This document shows, in pieces, positions 38,301 through 51,018 of a DNA stretch of 64,000 nt. Within the stretch, counting starts at the first letter, position 1. Each line of letters opens with the position of its first letter. The notes under the pieces are model-generated. The model was not told where the DNA came from and searched no databases. It saw only the letters and a program-made list of their open reading frames with translations. The DNA is from Tubulanus polymorphus (taxonomy: Eukaryota > Animalia > Nemertea), in NCBI RefSeq assembly GCF_964204645.1, contig NC_134033.1, positions 6,472,231-6,536,230 of the forward strand, written 5' to 3'. Position numbers and translations under genes: made by a program.

Positions 38301-39357
38301 AACTAAAAGCGGCTTTGTTGAGGAAAAGATTCGTTTGAGTCGTAAAATTTATAGCCTAGAACCAATTTCTTCGTCAAAGCGTGATGCACAATTTTGACTG
38401 GGTCTTTTTTCCACGTGGTAGTGGACAGAAAATTTGAATAGGCCTAAATAATAGAATAATCTTTCTTAGGTTTCATGATAAAGATGCAGCATTAACTTAG
38501 ATTAATGCTTATCTTTTACAATTAGGCTTATGTTTCAAAGGAAAACGCCCACAGTTGGTCGAACAGGGGTTAGGCATTGATGGTAGGTAGAGGGGCTGAA
38601 ACAGAGATAAAAATGCACGGGAACGAGTTTGTCGAGTGGAGCTTATTATTCCATCAGGGATAGTGTACTATGGTCATGTTATATATCAAAATGTTCCTTA
38701 TTAGTTCCGCTGCATTGCATCGCTAAAAACAAATTGAGATAGGTTTCCCTGTATTTTTGCCTATGCAAACGGTCTGATGAAGCAGTTTTCATTGAAAATG
38801 AATAGAGTACCGGTGTGTCAACAAGGCACAAACATTGGCTGTTGAACCGATTGTGTTGATTTTTGGTTTCATGGTTTGGCTTAATGAGTTCTCGAGCCCA
38901 CAAAAATTTCATAGTGATCGAGTTATTTTTTAGGGAACTTATTCTTGAAAAACACGAAAAAACCCTGCTTTTTAGCACTTAGTAATGGCACGTTTTTATA
39001 TATGACAATTTGCATGCTTGGAATTGAAATATATAAAAGTTCAATCCTTCCTGGAAGTGTCGCCGTTTTTAGTTCGACTGATCTCAATGTACTTTTTGAC
39101 CTACAGGCCCTCACTTTATAAACCCCCTAAATTTGCTCGCTTCTATTTATTTGAGTTGACCTTGTAACCTGAGCTACAATGAATGTGATTGGCTGTTTGT
39201 GGGATATACGGGAAATTCCGGAAATTTCAGCGTCTCTGATGTAATTGGGAAAGCCCATTGGGAAAACCTAATGTGAAACCCAAGACAAAATGTCGAACAT
39301 TTTATTCAATTACGTATCGTAGTTTGCTTATAATTTGTTCGTAGACACGAATATAAG

Positions 39358-39629
39358 TACGGAAGCCCCTAGGTGACATATGAGATAATATTTTTCATAA
39401 TTTCGACTTAATAAGTCGAATTTTGACATAATAATGAATTTCGTGTTAATTAAGTCGAATTTCGACTTAATAAGTCGAAATTCGACATGAAAATAAAACT
39501 CGAAATTCGACTTAATTAACTCGAAATTCGACTTAATTAACCCGAAATTCGACTTATTATGTCGAAATTCGACTTAATAAGTCGAAATTGTGAACAAATT
39601 TTCTCGTATGTCACCTAGGGGCTTCCGTA
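39358..39629. mobile_element. MITE with TIR TACGGAAGCCCCTAGGTGACATA and internal 21-bp palindromic repeats
   Basis: Perfect 23-bp terminal inverted repeats; internal tcgaaattcgacttaat units in both orientations. Confidence 0.9.
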
Positions 39630-40564
39630 TATAAGCGAGCATTATGAGAATGCCGGTTTGCTAGCGTATCTATTTAACACCCGTATTGCTCGGGTTAGTT
39701 TTACTATCAACGGGTGGCGCTGTATGTAAATTTCACATAAATCAACGACTTTCGGCTATTAGCGGTACTTAAGACCACTTGAAAACATCATAGTCAATTA
39801 CGGTAGTAGTGAACATAAAAAGATACAGTACAAAGATACAGTACGGTGTACAGTTAAGGACATGATTCCATAGGACCCATACTAGAGACATTTTGTTCAG
39901 ACAAGGACTATTAGTTAAACACTAATCTTCATTTTCAGCAATTAACGATCTGGTGAATTAATTAGTGATTCGGTCTTTCGGTGGTTCGAGATAAAATGCC
40001 CGCAAAATAAGAACCTAACGAACCAGGGCTGACCACAAATTGCCCAACAGATAAATTTTCGAAACGACACAATCCAATCATGTTTGGTATCAAATGTGGC
40101 GTGGACCATGGTCTTTTAACTGACCAATGCATGACCAGTACTGACCATATAGTAAATTATTTGTTTGCAAACAATTAAGTTGTTTGGTGTCAAATAACTA
40201 GATATGATGTGGGCATTTATCTAAAAATTGTTTTACTGACCAATGCTTGACCAGTACAGACCAGTTACCAGTGCTAACCAGAACCCCCATAAGTAATTTA
40301 TATGTTTAGTGAATCCTTCGTTAGTACTACTAGCTCTTACATTTAAATATGTCGCTTGAAAAAGTCTTGTCCGATTTTTGTTGTAGGTAGCGAGCTAACT
40401 TTGAAATTCCGCTAAAATGCATAAGATTTTTACGTAGGGTTTTGAACGAACAACGTTTCCATTTGTAATTGTAACGTGCGCATTTGAGCCTGAAACGTGC
40501 ACATTTCACTCGCGTGAACGTGCGTATCGGTACCAACATGCGAGACTTGTCAAACTTTTACGAT

Positions 40565-40762
40565 TGTCACGGAACGCACATTGAAAGAATCCTGCTTCGT
40601 AAACAAATCAGATAAACGATTGAAATAGATTTGAACGAGCTATTGTTATTTTTCAATTGTGCTTTGTCTTCCCCACTTCCGGGTACATCTTCATCCAACA
40701 AATTAACGTTAAAGTTACGCTCCAGTTTAAATTAAAACACGGATACGGCATAAGGCCGAAAA
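40565..40762 (-). repeat. BEL/Pao 3' LTR
   Basis: Direct repeat of 45744-45942 with 2 substitutions and an altered inner TG terminus. Confidence 0.93.
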
Positions 40763-40835
40763 TTCCCAGGGGACATTCCCCAACAGGAATGTTGGAAATT
40801 AAAGTTCAAATCGGAATTTAACCACACGCGACGCG

Positions 40836-43800
40836 TTAATTTTTCAAGTCCATTCTCTCGGTTCTCTTCATCAGGAGCACTAATTTCGTAATGGGACGTT
40901 TGAGAACACTTCCATCAGCACACCTTACACCAACGACGCGAACAAAGTGATCATCACCGGCGTATGTCTCTACGATTTCAGCCATCTTCCACGACCCTCG
41001 TTTGATATTGACGGCGTTTTCTTCAATCATAAGAATGATGTCACCGACTAGCACGTTTTCTTCATCTTTTGACCATTTCTGACGGGGTGACAACTTATGA
41101 ATGTTAGCCATCCACCGGCGCCAGAAACCGTCCACCATCTTATTGCAAAGTTCTCTTCTTTTCCGGGTGTTTCCAACGTAGTCTTCACACGGCACTTGCA
41201 CACTTTGCAAGGAACCTCGCCCAATGAGAAAATGGTTCGGAGTGATCGGTGGCTCGTCTAGAGGCGAAGACGATACAGCGGCGATTGGGCGACTGTTCAG
41301 TAGTCCGGCAATCATCGAGAAGGTTGTCTCCCATTCTACAAATGTTAGTTTGTCGGCTTTGACGATGTGTTTCATGGATTTCTTCACTTCTTGCACCATG
41401 CGTTCAACCAGACCCTGCGGGTGGACCAAACTTCCACTGGACATCGTACTTCCGCGTGTCAGCTTGGAGTTGTTCTCGATCTAGGCGCAACTGCAGCTCA
41501 CGGATTTCGTTATCTGCCCCTCTGAAACAAGTTGCGTTATCACTAATGATAAGAGCAGGGGCACCACGTGTGCTAACGAATCGTTCGAAAGCTTGCAGAA
41601 ATGCTGACGTCGAAAGATCTTGGACACAGGTCAAATGAACAGCCCGTAACACGGCACAGACGAACACCGCACAGTAGCCCTTGGTTGTCGTATTACGGTT
41701 CAACTTCACGAGGACCGGCCCAAGGTAATCTACAACCGTTGTCTTGAACGGTGGGCTGAATGGCATGACCCGAAAGTTTGGTAGGTCCGCCATTCGTTGC
41801 TGTAATGGCTTCCCTCGATAACGTCGGCAGGTGACGCACTCATGGATGACACGTCTGGCTAACTTGGTGTCACCAACAATCCAGTACTTCTTTCTGGCTT
41901 CTACAGCAGTCTTCAAGTGACCACCATGCAAGGCGTTTCTATGGCTTTCTCTCATGATCAACAGACTGATTCTGTTCTTCTTGGGCAGTAAGTACGGATG
42001 ACGGATGTCATATGACAACGGCGCTTTGTCAACTCTCCCTCCGACTCGATATATCTGTTCGTTCTCGTCTAGAAAGGGGCTGAGTTTTCCCGTGTTAGTT
42101 TCTGTAAAATCAATCTCTTTCTGAGCCTGCCGGACCCAATACAGCTCTGCTTGTCTCATCCAGTAGAGTGACGGCCTTTCCGCAATCTTCGTAAGTAACT
42201 GCTTTAACCATTGGTTTTTTGGAAGATCCTTCAGCGACATCAAACGTGCAGTAACCATCAATAGGCGGGGCCAACTGGAAAAATTCTTCGGATCAACGAC
42301 TGGTTCATCAACGATCAGCTTGGTTGCCAGGACTTTAGCGTTTCTTACGTGAAACTTTTTCATTTCAGCGTCATTTTTGTTTACTTCAATATTTTTCGGG
42401 GTCTCCGGCCAGGACGATGGAGGTTTCTTTAGAAACGACGGTCCGCTGATGACCTCCCTCATTCTTCTGGCGTCGACCCCCCGGGATACGAGGTCTATAG
42501 TGTTCAACTCCGATGGTACGTATGATACCTCTTCGTGTGGATTAAATTCAGATGTTATCTCCCCGACATGACAGGCGACGTAAGAACGAAAGGACTTGGT
42601 TTGTCCTCTCAGCCAACCAATCACTGTCATACTGTCGGTCCACATCCTCCGATATGCTATGTTGATACGTAGAGCATTTTCCACCACCAACATCAGACGG
42701 GACAGGAGCAATATAGCTTGAAGTTCTTTACGCGGTATGCTAACTTGCTTCAAAGACGCAACGCGGGCTATGGCACAAACAAACGTTACTTCAGCTTCAT
42801 CATCTTCTTCATCAGACCATCGTAACCAAATTCCTATTCCCAGTGCGTCATCAGAGGCATCACTGGCACCATGGAGTGAGACCCCCGGCAATGGTGATCT
42901 ACCCTGGTACCTCTGAGGAATTAGGCAGCGGCTTATTTTGATATCATCAAGATCTTTCAGATCTCGTTTGATTGATTTAATCATGCTTGGAACATCTTCG
43001 ATACGTCTGCGATTACGCCAACTTCATACTCTCTAAACCGCAAAGCAATCTCAAAGAGGTTTGTATTCAGGTTTTCCCCTTTGGCTAAGTAATCATTCAA
43101 TGAGTGACCCTGATATCGGGCCTTCCCATCGTAGACGACTCGAACAGGTGTGGTCTTGGAATCTTTAGTCACAGCAAAGTGGGGTAGAAACCACATCTTC
43201 GTATTATTTCGGAAGTCTCAAGACTCAATCTCAGCATTCGGGACGAGGCGAGCGACTCCGCGTTCTAATTGATCTCTCATCTGACGGCAGTAAACTTCCC
43301 ATGTTTCAGGTTTCTTCTTGAACTGTGCTTCTAAGTTGTGTAAACGTTTGACAGCATAGTCATAATTATTCGGTAGGTATTCAGGAGATTTCACCCATGG
43401 CAGGCCAATTTGGTAGGTTCCGTCTTCCATTCGAGTAACACTTTTCTTCATTGACTCTGTTGCTAACTTGTCTTGACTTTCGACAAGGCATTTACATTTT
43501 CTGGGCTCGAGACCAGAACATTCGATACCAAGAAAATCTTCGAGTTCACCGACGGCTGATACCAGTGAGAAACTGACGACAGTATTGACTAAGGAGTCGT
43601 TTGACGTCCGACCACCTTGTACGTACCATCCTAACGGGCATCTGGCTGCTAACAGATCATTCGAACTCTCACCTGACACGCGTTTTTCCGCAGTGAGGAT
43701 GTCAGAGTTATCAACACCGAGGAGGACGTCAATTGTTTCATCTGGAGCTTCAACGATTGAAATTTCTTCAAGATGTGGGTACTCCTGGATTTGCTGGTTG

Positions 43801-44321
43801 GTGACAACTGGTGCGTTTCCACACGGCGTCTCCATCTCTATCAGTTGTAACTCACGACTGAACGTTTCATCTAAACTTTCAAGGACACAATCTACCACTC
43901 TGAGTTTACGACGAATCGTATCACCTCCAACCCTTGTCAGACGATAATCTTGCATACGGCAGTCAGTAGTGTTGGTAACGATTCCTTCACGGACGAGTGA
44001 CACCTGACTTCCACTATCGAGAAGAATACGGACGAGTGTTTTCTTAAATCCGTGTCGTAGATAGCCCATGACAGTCGGCAAGACAGATGATATCGTGGTG
44101 TTACTCTTTCTTGCAGATGCTGAACCAATACTGGATACTTGAGATTGACATGGTTGGTATTCACACGCTGCTGGGTTCAAGATTTTCTGGGGTTGGATGT
44201 CAGATTTCATTTCAAAGTGACGATAACCATCGTGACCATAGACTCTGGGACAGATTGATGCGAAGTGAGTGTCTTTACCGCATGTAGGTATCTGACACGG
44301 TGTGAAGTATTCACATTTCAT
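40836..44321 (-). pseudogene. BEL/Pao pol (protease, truncated RT, RNase H, integrase)
   Basis: Four ORF pieces separated by a stop (43218-43220), a deletion junction (near 42983) and a frameshift (near 41420). Confidence 0.9.
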
Positions 44322-44325
44322 ATGA

Positions 44326-45675
44326 TCAAATGGATATCTTCCAGCGGCGCAATTGTTGTGACCACAGCGATGACAGATACGTATGTGTATTCATCACATT
44401 AAACTTCTCGGACTGTGTCAGCGAACGAAACTTGTAACATCCCTTGATAAAGTGATTAGAGTTCTGAGGGTGCAGTGGGCACTTCGGTGAATTAACACTG
44501 TCGTTCTCTCTAACTCCACTCTTAAGACGTTGGGTGTTACTGTTCTTCACAAAGGGTGGTTTTGTGTTGCTACGGAGACTGGAATTTCCTATTCCAGGGG
44601 ACATCGTGAGATGACTGGATAAACCACGGACCTTGTTGGAGGTATATGACGGTTTACTAACGTTAAGGTGTGTTTGTTGACTGGAACTTTGCAGATTCGA
44701 TCTGGCTTTCTGGAGCAGTACTAGCATTGAATGCAACCATTTAACAAGACCAGGTAGGGAGTCACCAGCCCTTTGATCTTGGACCGATTGAAGAAACTGT
44801 ATTCGGTGTTCTTCTGGAAGTTTCCTGCGTACTTGCGTCAACAACATTCTACCATTTAGGTCACTCTTCATTCCCATTCCTTCGACTTGGGTAGAGAAAT
44901 TTTGCAGGGTCTCAACAAGTTTCTCCATAGCTTTTAGGTCGATTTTCCCCGACCTTCCGAATGATTCATACGAACTCATGTGTTCAAGGTCATTAATCAG
45001 TAGCTCCAAGAGACGGTCTTCATCTCCGTAAGCTTCGTCCAGGATTCTCCAGGCATCGGATAGTCTCGTACAGGGGTTGACCTTCCTTTTCTCATCTAAT
45101 CGTTCCATTGATTGCACTAACTGATATAAGACTTCAACCTCGGTGAGATGACTTGAGAAGTGAACGAACAAGGCTTTGAAACGTGCGTAATCACGGATAT
45201 CACCGGAAAATGTCGGGAATTTCAACTGCGCCATTCCAGTACAGGGTCTAGGTGTAGCACCAGGATTTGTTGTGACTGTGAGCGATCTATCAGCTGGGCG
45301 ACATTGTTCTGCCCTTTTAATCAAAGTACATATAGTAGGGTTCGTTGAATCAATGATATCGGCGACGTACCTTTCTTCGGATTCTGCGATTTTATCTTCG
45401 GCTGATTCTATCGCTGCGTCATCCATCGTGTTGGTTTCGATTTCTTCGTTCCTGAGTTTTATTACCAAATCATTGTCTTCCTGTACCAGGTCTAATTGAC
45501 GACGTAATTCATCGGCATAACGTTTAAATTCGTGGTGGGGAACGCCATCGCTAGAGTCCAGTAATGGTTTAATTTGTTTCAGGAGATTATGGATCTTTCG
45601 CTTCTTGTTAGCTCTTAAATGTTTCGCTTCTTTTGAGGTTTTAGGTATTAACGGTGTTGCGGACGATTGTGACAT
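44326..45675 (-). CDS. BEL/Pao gag (frameshifted into pol)
   Basis: FPTFSGD..DY..FK..F motif, CPLHPQNSNHFIKGC knuckle. Confidence 0.85.
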   Translation of the reverse strand: MSQSSATPLIPKTSKEAKHLRANKKRKIHNLLKQIKPLLDSSDGVPHHEFKRYADELRRQLDLVQEDNDLVIKLRNEEIETNTMDDAAIESAEDKIAESEERYVADIIDSTNPTICTLIKRAEQCRPADRSLTVTTNPGATPRPCTGMAQLKFPTFSGDIRDYARFKALFVHFSSHLTEVEVLYQLVQSMERLDEKRKVNPCTRLSDAWRILDEAYGDEDRLLELLINDLEHMSSYESFGRSGKIDLKAMEKLVETLQNFSTQVEGMGMKSDLNGRMLLTQVRRKLPEEHRIQFLQSVQDQRAGDSLPGLVKWLHSMLVLLQKARSNLQSSSQQTHLNVSKPSYTSNKVRGLSSHLTMSPGIGNSSLRSNTKPPFVKNSNTQRLKSGVRENDSVNSPKCPLHPQNSNHFIKGCYKFRSLTQSEKFNVMNTHTYLSSLWSQQLRRWKISI

Positions 45676-45743
45676 TATTGCTGTATTTTGACGTTTTACG
45701 GCTCGACTTACGTGGGAAAACTTCTTGATCCAATTGAAAAAAC

Positions 45744-45942
45744 TGTCACGGAACGCACATTGAAAGAATCCTGCTTCGTAAACAAATCAGATAAACGATT
45801 GAAATAGATTTGAACGAGCTATTGTTATTTTTCAATTGTGCTTTGTCTTCCCCACTTCCGGGTACATCTTCATCCAACAAATTAACGTTAAAGTTACGTT
45901 GCAGTTTAAATTAAAACACGGATACGGCATAAGGCCGAAACA
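45744..45942 (-). repeat. BEL/Pao 5' LTR
   Basis: TG...CA termini, adjoining TSD. Confidence 0.93.
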
Positions 45943-46810
45943 ACGATCAAGACTTTTAAACTGAACAAAGAAGATATCATATCATATTATATATACATGA
46001 ATAGATGGAATGATAATGTAGTAGTTTTAAATGTTTCGTAGCTGCTGTCCACTGACCACAGATCAAAGCTAATTGCCTGATATGAAATATATTTTTGTTA
46101 TAGAGATGTAGTAGATCAGTGAGAATTCAAACTTATGGTTAATTTTGAGTGATCACAACGCTAACCAATGGAGAAAGCTGTAAGGCCTAAGAAAAGATGC
46201 ATTAAGTATAACATATCTTTCAATTATAACATATCTTTCTATATAATGATGAAGTATTCAACTGGCCATCACAACAATAGTTTGACTTATTGGAAAAAAA
46301 CCGGAGTGTTAATAGGAAAACCTTGAATTCGAAACAATTCCACACTCAATCGTTTACTTTGAAAACACAATTTGCATTTTGTGGACATGTATTTTTTTCT
46401 GCACCAAAAGCATGAAGTTTATTAACTTTGCTTGTAAAAAATTGAAATTTTGGGGAAGATTTTTGGCCTCGTCAACCTGTGAGCACGTCCTTCATATATT
46501 TTCTAAGACCGACCCTTGAAATAATGCTGAGAGTTTCGAGGATAATTTTGGTAGGATGTAAACTTAGCCTGCTTCGTATCCGTGGAAGGTTGCTAATTAT
46601 TGATTCTATACACAATAATCATAAGTACCATGAGATTCGATAGAATATCGTTTTTCAATCATACGTACACGAATTATCGCGATATAAAGATAAATAATAT
46701 GTTCATATACTTTTTACGTCTTATACTGTATATTTCTTTAGTATCCGAATAACCATAGAAGCGATAACATTAAAAACCTCATTTTCTAATGAGTAAATAC
46801 AGTTTATTAA

Positions 46811-46847
46811 CACGAACGTTTTCGGGATCATATCCCCTCATCAGGTG
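46811..46847 (-). ncRNA. Minimal type I hammerhead ribozyme (inverted pLTR copy)
   Basis: Exact reverse complement of 48172-48208. Confidence 0.85.
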
Positions 46848-48171
46848 AAATACAAGTGAATCAAATGATTAAACTACAGGTTTATATACAACATAAGTTA
46901 CAAAATTACAAGTGCTAAATTCTAAGCTAATTACAAACCAAGTATTTAATTACAAACTAATTATTTGAATACATTTAGGATAAAGGATGAGCCGTTTTGA
47001 AATAATTGTTGATTTAAAGAGGGTCGTTGCGCTTTAATAAACAGGGCCTCCCTAATTTTACAGTCGAGATCAGATGAACCTTTGTCTAGAATTTTGAATT
47101 TGTTGTTACTGAATTCCTGATCACAAGTGTGACAAATTGCGAGATGTTGTCCAATCGCAGAAGTCTTTGATCTGTGTTCCTTACTCCTGATGGCCAAATG
47201 TCGTTTAGTTTTCCCAATATAGGAAGTGTTTATATCGCATAAACAATTAAATTTATATATGACTTTAGCCTTCAGCGATTTAGGGGTAGCACATTTCAAA
47301 GAGAAAAAAATCAGGAAAGGAAAGCTTCCAACACAGGCCTACTTTTGAACTTCAACGCCATGTGTCCGTATAAATGGAAAATAGGACTCATCAATACCAT
47401 GCTTTTTCGTGCCTACAATATTTGCAGTGATTGGACCATCTTTTCAGAAGAAATCAATTTCTTGAAAAATCTGTTTAAATCTAATGCGTTTCCTATTCAT
47501 GTCATCGATCAATGTATTAATAGATTTATGAAATCAAAACAGAACTCAGAACCTCAACCGAAACCTGTTGAAGATGGAATTGATCTATTCATTTCATTAC
47601 CGTTTATTGGTAACCCGTCAATCCTATTTGCCCGAAAATTAAAATATCTATTTAAAAGGAATTTTGAAATCAACTTGAAATGTGCATTCACTACGACCAA
47701 AATTAAGGATTTTTTCTCTTTGAAATGTGCTACCCCTAAATCGCTGAAGGCTAAAGTCATATATAAATTTAATTGTTTATGCGATATAAACACTTCCTAT
47801 ATTGGGAAAACTAAACGACATTTGGCCATCAGGAGTAAGGAACACAGATCAAAGACTTCTGCGATTGGACAACATCTCGCAATTTGTCACACTTGTGATC
47901 AGGAATTCAGTAACAACAAATTCAAAATTCTAGACAAAGGTTCATCTGATCTCGACTGTAAAATTAGGGAGGCCCTGTTTATCAAAGCGCAACGACCCTC
48001 TTTAAATCAACAATTATTTCAAAACGGCTCATCCTTTATCCTAAATGTATTCAAATAATTAGTTTGTAATTAAATACTTGGTTTGTAATTAGCTTAGAAT
48101 TTAGCACTTGTAATTTTGTAACTTATGTTGTATATAAACCTGTAGTTTAATCATTTGATTCACTTGTATTT

Positions 48172-48208
48172 CACCTGATGAGGGGATATGATCCCGAAAA
48201 CGTTCGTG
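48172..48208 (+). ncRNA. Minimal type I hammerhead ribozyme
   Basis: cac-CTGATGA-g-gggat/atg/atccc-GAAA-acgt-TC-gtg; intact core, palindromic AACGTT stem III. Confidence 0.88.
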
Positions 48209-48236
48209 TTAATAAACTGTATTTACTCATTAGAAA

Positions 48237-50657
48237 ATGAGGTTTTTAATGTTATCGCTTCGATGGTTATTCGGATATTTGAACTCTCTTCCTAAGATCT
48301 ATTTCTACTGTGCGAAACAGAGAGATGTGTACGTCAAAGACTTCCGCAAATGTGAAAAACTGTATCTCAAATGGACTAAACTACGCTTGGATTTATCTTA
48401 CTTTCAAAGATGCATGGAATTACGAATCTGCCCGAAGTTTTTATTATTCAAACCTCCGAAACTGAGAGCGTATGCAAGTAATGATAATCTCAAACTCGAA
48501 ATCTTGAAGAATCAAATCGAAAATGTTAAAACCGAATTATCTAAAACCAACAGTAAATTGAAGAAAATCAAATCCGATTTATGCGAGAAATTGACCTGGA
48601 TTCAAACAATCATTTGGCTCACTAGACTTAACCAGAAAGGCAGGAAACTAACTTCGGAAACACAGCAACGTCATGAACGCAAGCTTTTAAACTTGTGGAA
48701 AGATCAGCGTCACCCAGCACCGGATTGCTTAATCAATAGATCAAATTATCAACTATCCCTAGAAGAAACTGAGATACTACGTTACGGCTTAAAGCATCAC
48801 ATTCTTCCGAAAAATATCAACGAAATCGACCTTAAATCACGTATTGAAAAAACTGTTTACCACAAAAATAGGACTATATCTGGCGGCGAACCGAATGTGA
48901 ATAACTCTTTCCTTGAAAGTATTAGACAAGCGACCATCTCATTTATCAACAGCGCTAAATCAGTATGTGGCTCGACCTGGAACCGACGTTTCTACCGTAC
49001 GATTGAAAAACTTCGAAAAAACAAGGACATTAAGATCTGCTCATTTGACAAAGGCAACGGCATTGTTATTTTGGACTCTAACGAATATTTCGATAAATTA
49101 GATAAAATTGTATTTGATAAAAGTAAATTTACTGAAATCAAAAATGTGAGAAAGAATCACCCTGTCATATCTAATGAAACCAAAATCTGCGGATTTCTGA
49201 GAAAACATGTGAAACAGTATGTAAGTTCAGAAATATTTGATTCTATCTACCCAAGCGGTAGCCAACCTGGTAAATTATATGGTTTGTGCAAAGTACATAA
49301 AGATAACTTTCCATTTCGACCCGTTGTATCAATGATCGACACTGCTGAATATAACCTGGCCAAATATCTCGATAAAATCATTAAACCACATATACCGTCT
49401 AAATTCATGTTAAATAGCACTTGGGAGTTCCTTAAAAAACTGAAACAATTCGTTTTTAAACCTTCTGATATTCTAATAAGTTTTGATGTAGAGTCACTTT
49501 TCACTAATGTTCCATTGAAAGAAACCATTGATATAGTTTCCGATTATATATATGCTTCCGACTCTAAACGTACATATGATCAGGCTACATTCAAAGAATT
49601 ACTTAAAATCGCAACTTCGGGTTTGTTTATGTACAATGATCGTATTTTCAAGCAAGTTGATGGGGTCACCATGGGCAGCCCCTTAGGCCCAACCTTAGCG
49701 AACTTTTGTCTTGCCCATTTTGAAAACTTGCTCCTCTCCAAAACTAATTACAAACCGACATTATACCTGAGATACGTGGACGATATTTTCGGCATATTTC
49801 GAAATGTATCCAGTTATAGACTATTTTTTGAAGAATTGAATCGCCTCCATTCTAACCTTAAATTCACTTTTGAACTAGGTCCTAATCTATTACCTTTTCT
49901 CGATACCGAAATACAAATTCCGTTAGAAACCGGTAGTGACTTTATATCTCGAGTGTACAGGAAAGCTTCCAACACAGGCCTACTTTTGAACTTCAACGCC
50001 ATGTGTCCGTATAAATGGAAAATAGGACTCATCAATACCATGCTTTTTCGTGCCTACAATATTTGCAGTGATTAAACCATCTTTTCAGAAGAAATCAATT
50101 TCTTGAAAAATCTGTTTAGATCTAATGCGTTTCCTATTCATGTCATCGATCAATGTATTAATAGATTTTTGAAATCAAAACAGAACTCAGAACCTCAACC
50201 GAAACCTGTTGAAGATGGAATTGATCTATTCATTTCATTACCGTATATCGGTAACCCGTCAATCCTATTTGCCCGAAAATTAAAATATCTATTTAAAAGG
50301 AATTTTGAAATCAACTTGAAATGTGCATTCACTACGACCAAAATTAAGAATTTTTTCTCTTTGAAATGTGCTACCCCTAAATCGCTGAAGGCTAAAGTCA
50401 TATATAAATTTAATTGTTTATGCGATATAAACACTTCCTATATTGGGAAAACTAAACGACATTTGGCCATCAGGAGTAAGGAACACAGATCAAAGACTTC
50501 TGCGATTGGACAACATCTCGCAATTTGTCACACTTGTGATCAGGAATTCAGTAACAACAATTTCAAAATTCTAGACAAAGGTTCATCTGATCTCGACTGT
50601 AAAATTAGGGAGGCCCTGTTTATTAAAGCGCAACGACCCTCTTTAAATCAACAATTA
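48237..50657 (+). pseudogene. Penelope RT / GIY-YIG endonuclease ORF with premature stop and LINE insertion
   Basis: DKGNG, LYGLCKVHK, SFDVESLFTNVP, GVTMGSPLGP, RYVDD, VIYKFNC.C...YIGKT.R.L..R..EH; TAA at 50073-50075. Confidence 0.93.
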
Positions 50658-51018
50658 AAACTCGAGATTCAATATGGCGGGTGCTGGTTCTTGAAATTTC
50701 TAGTGCTGCTAAAAACTCCGATTCTCGTCTGTCAGCGGTTGGAAATACAGTACCAAACGCGGTCAGTAGCGAGAACTCATAGGATACTACTGTACAACCG
50801 TGTTTCAGCGTCGTGGAAATTGAGTATGTACATTATTTTCGATCGTAAAACTTGTCGCAAATTGCTATAAATTTGAGTACTGGTGATATATAACCTGTGC
50901 ACGACCGGTGAACCGTCACGCTCGATGGATTACAACCCGGAGTTTTGTGGTCTAACTGCGTAGTGTGTATTAACTCGTTGTGTAACACTTATTCGGCTGC
51001 TTGACGTGCGACTACAAA

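Larger units (their letters stand above)
40565..45942 (-). mobile_element. BEL/Pao LTR retrotransposon, non-autonomous (RT core deleted)
   Basis: About 199-bp LTRs, 5-bp TSD ACGAT (40560-40564 and 45943-45947); gag with CCHC knuckles, protease LLDSGSQ, RT N-terminus, Pao RNase H (SDAS, IPRKEL, TDS), integrase HGGH/CxxC, VDYLGP, SDNAT, FWRRW. Confidence 0.95.

Noticed and set aside
50658-50870. Novel C-terminus on the GIY-YIG ORF
   Set aside because: Fortuitous read-through into the LINE 5' UTR, downstream of a premature stop
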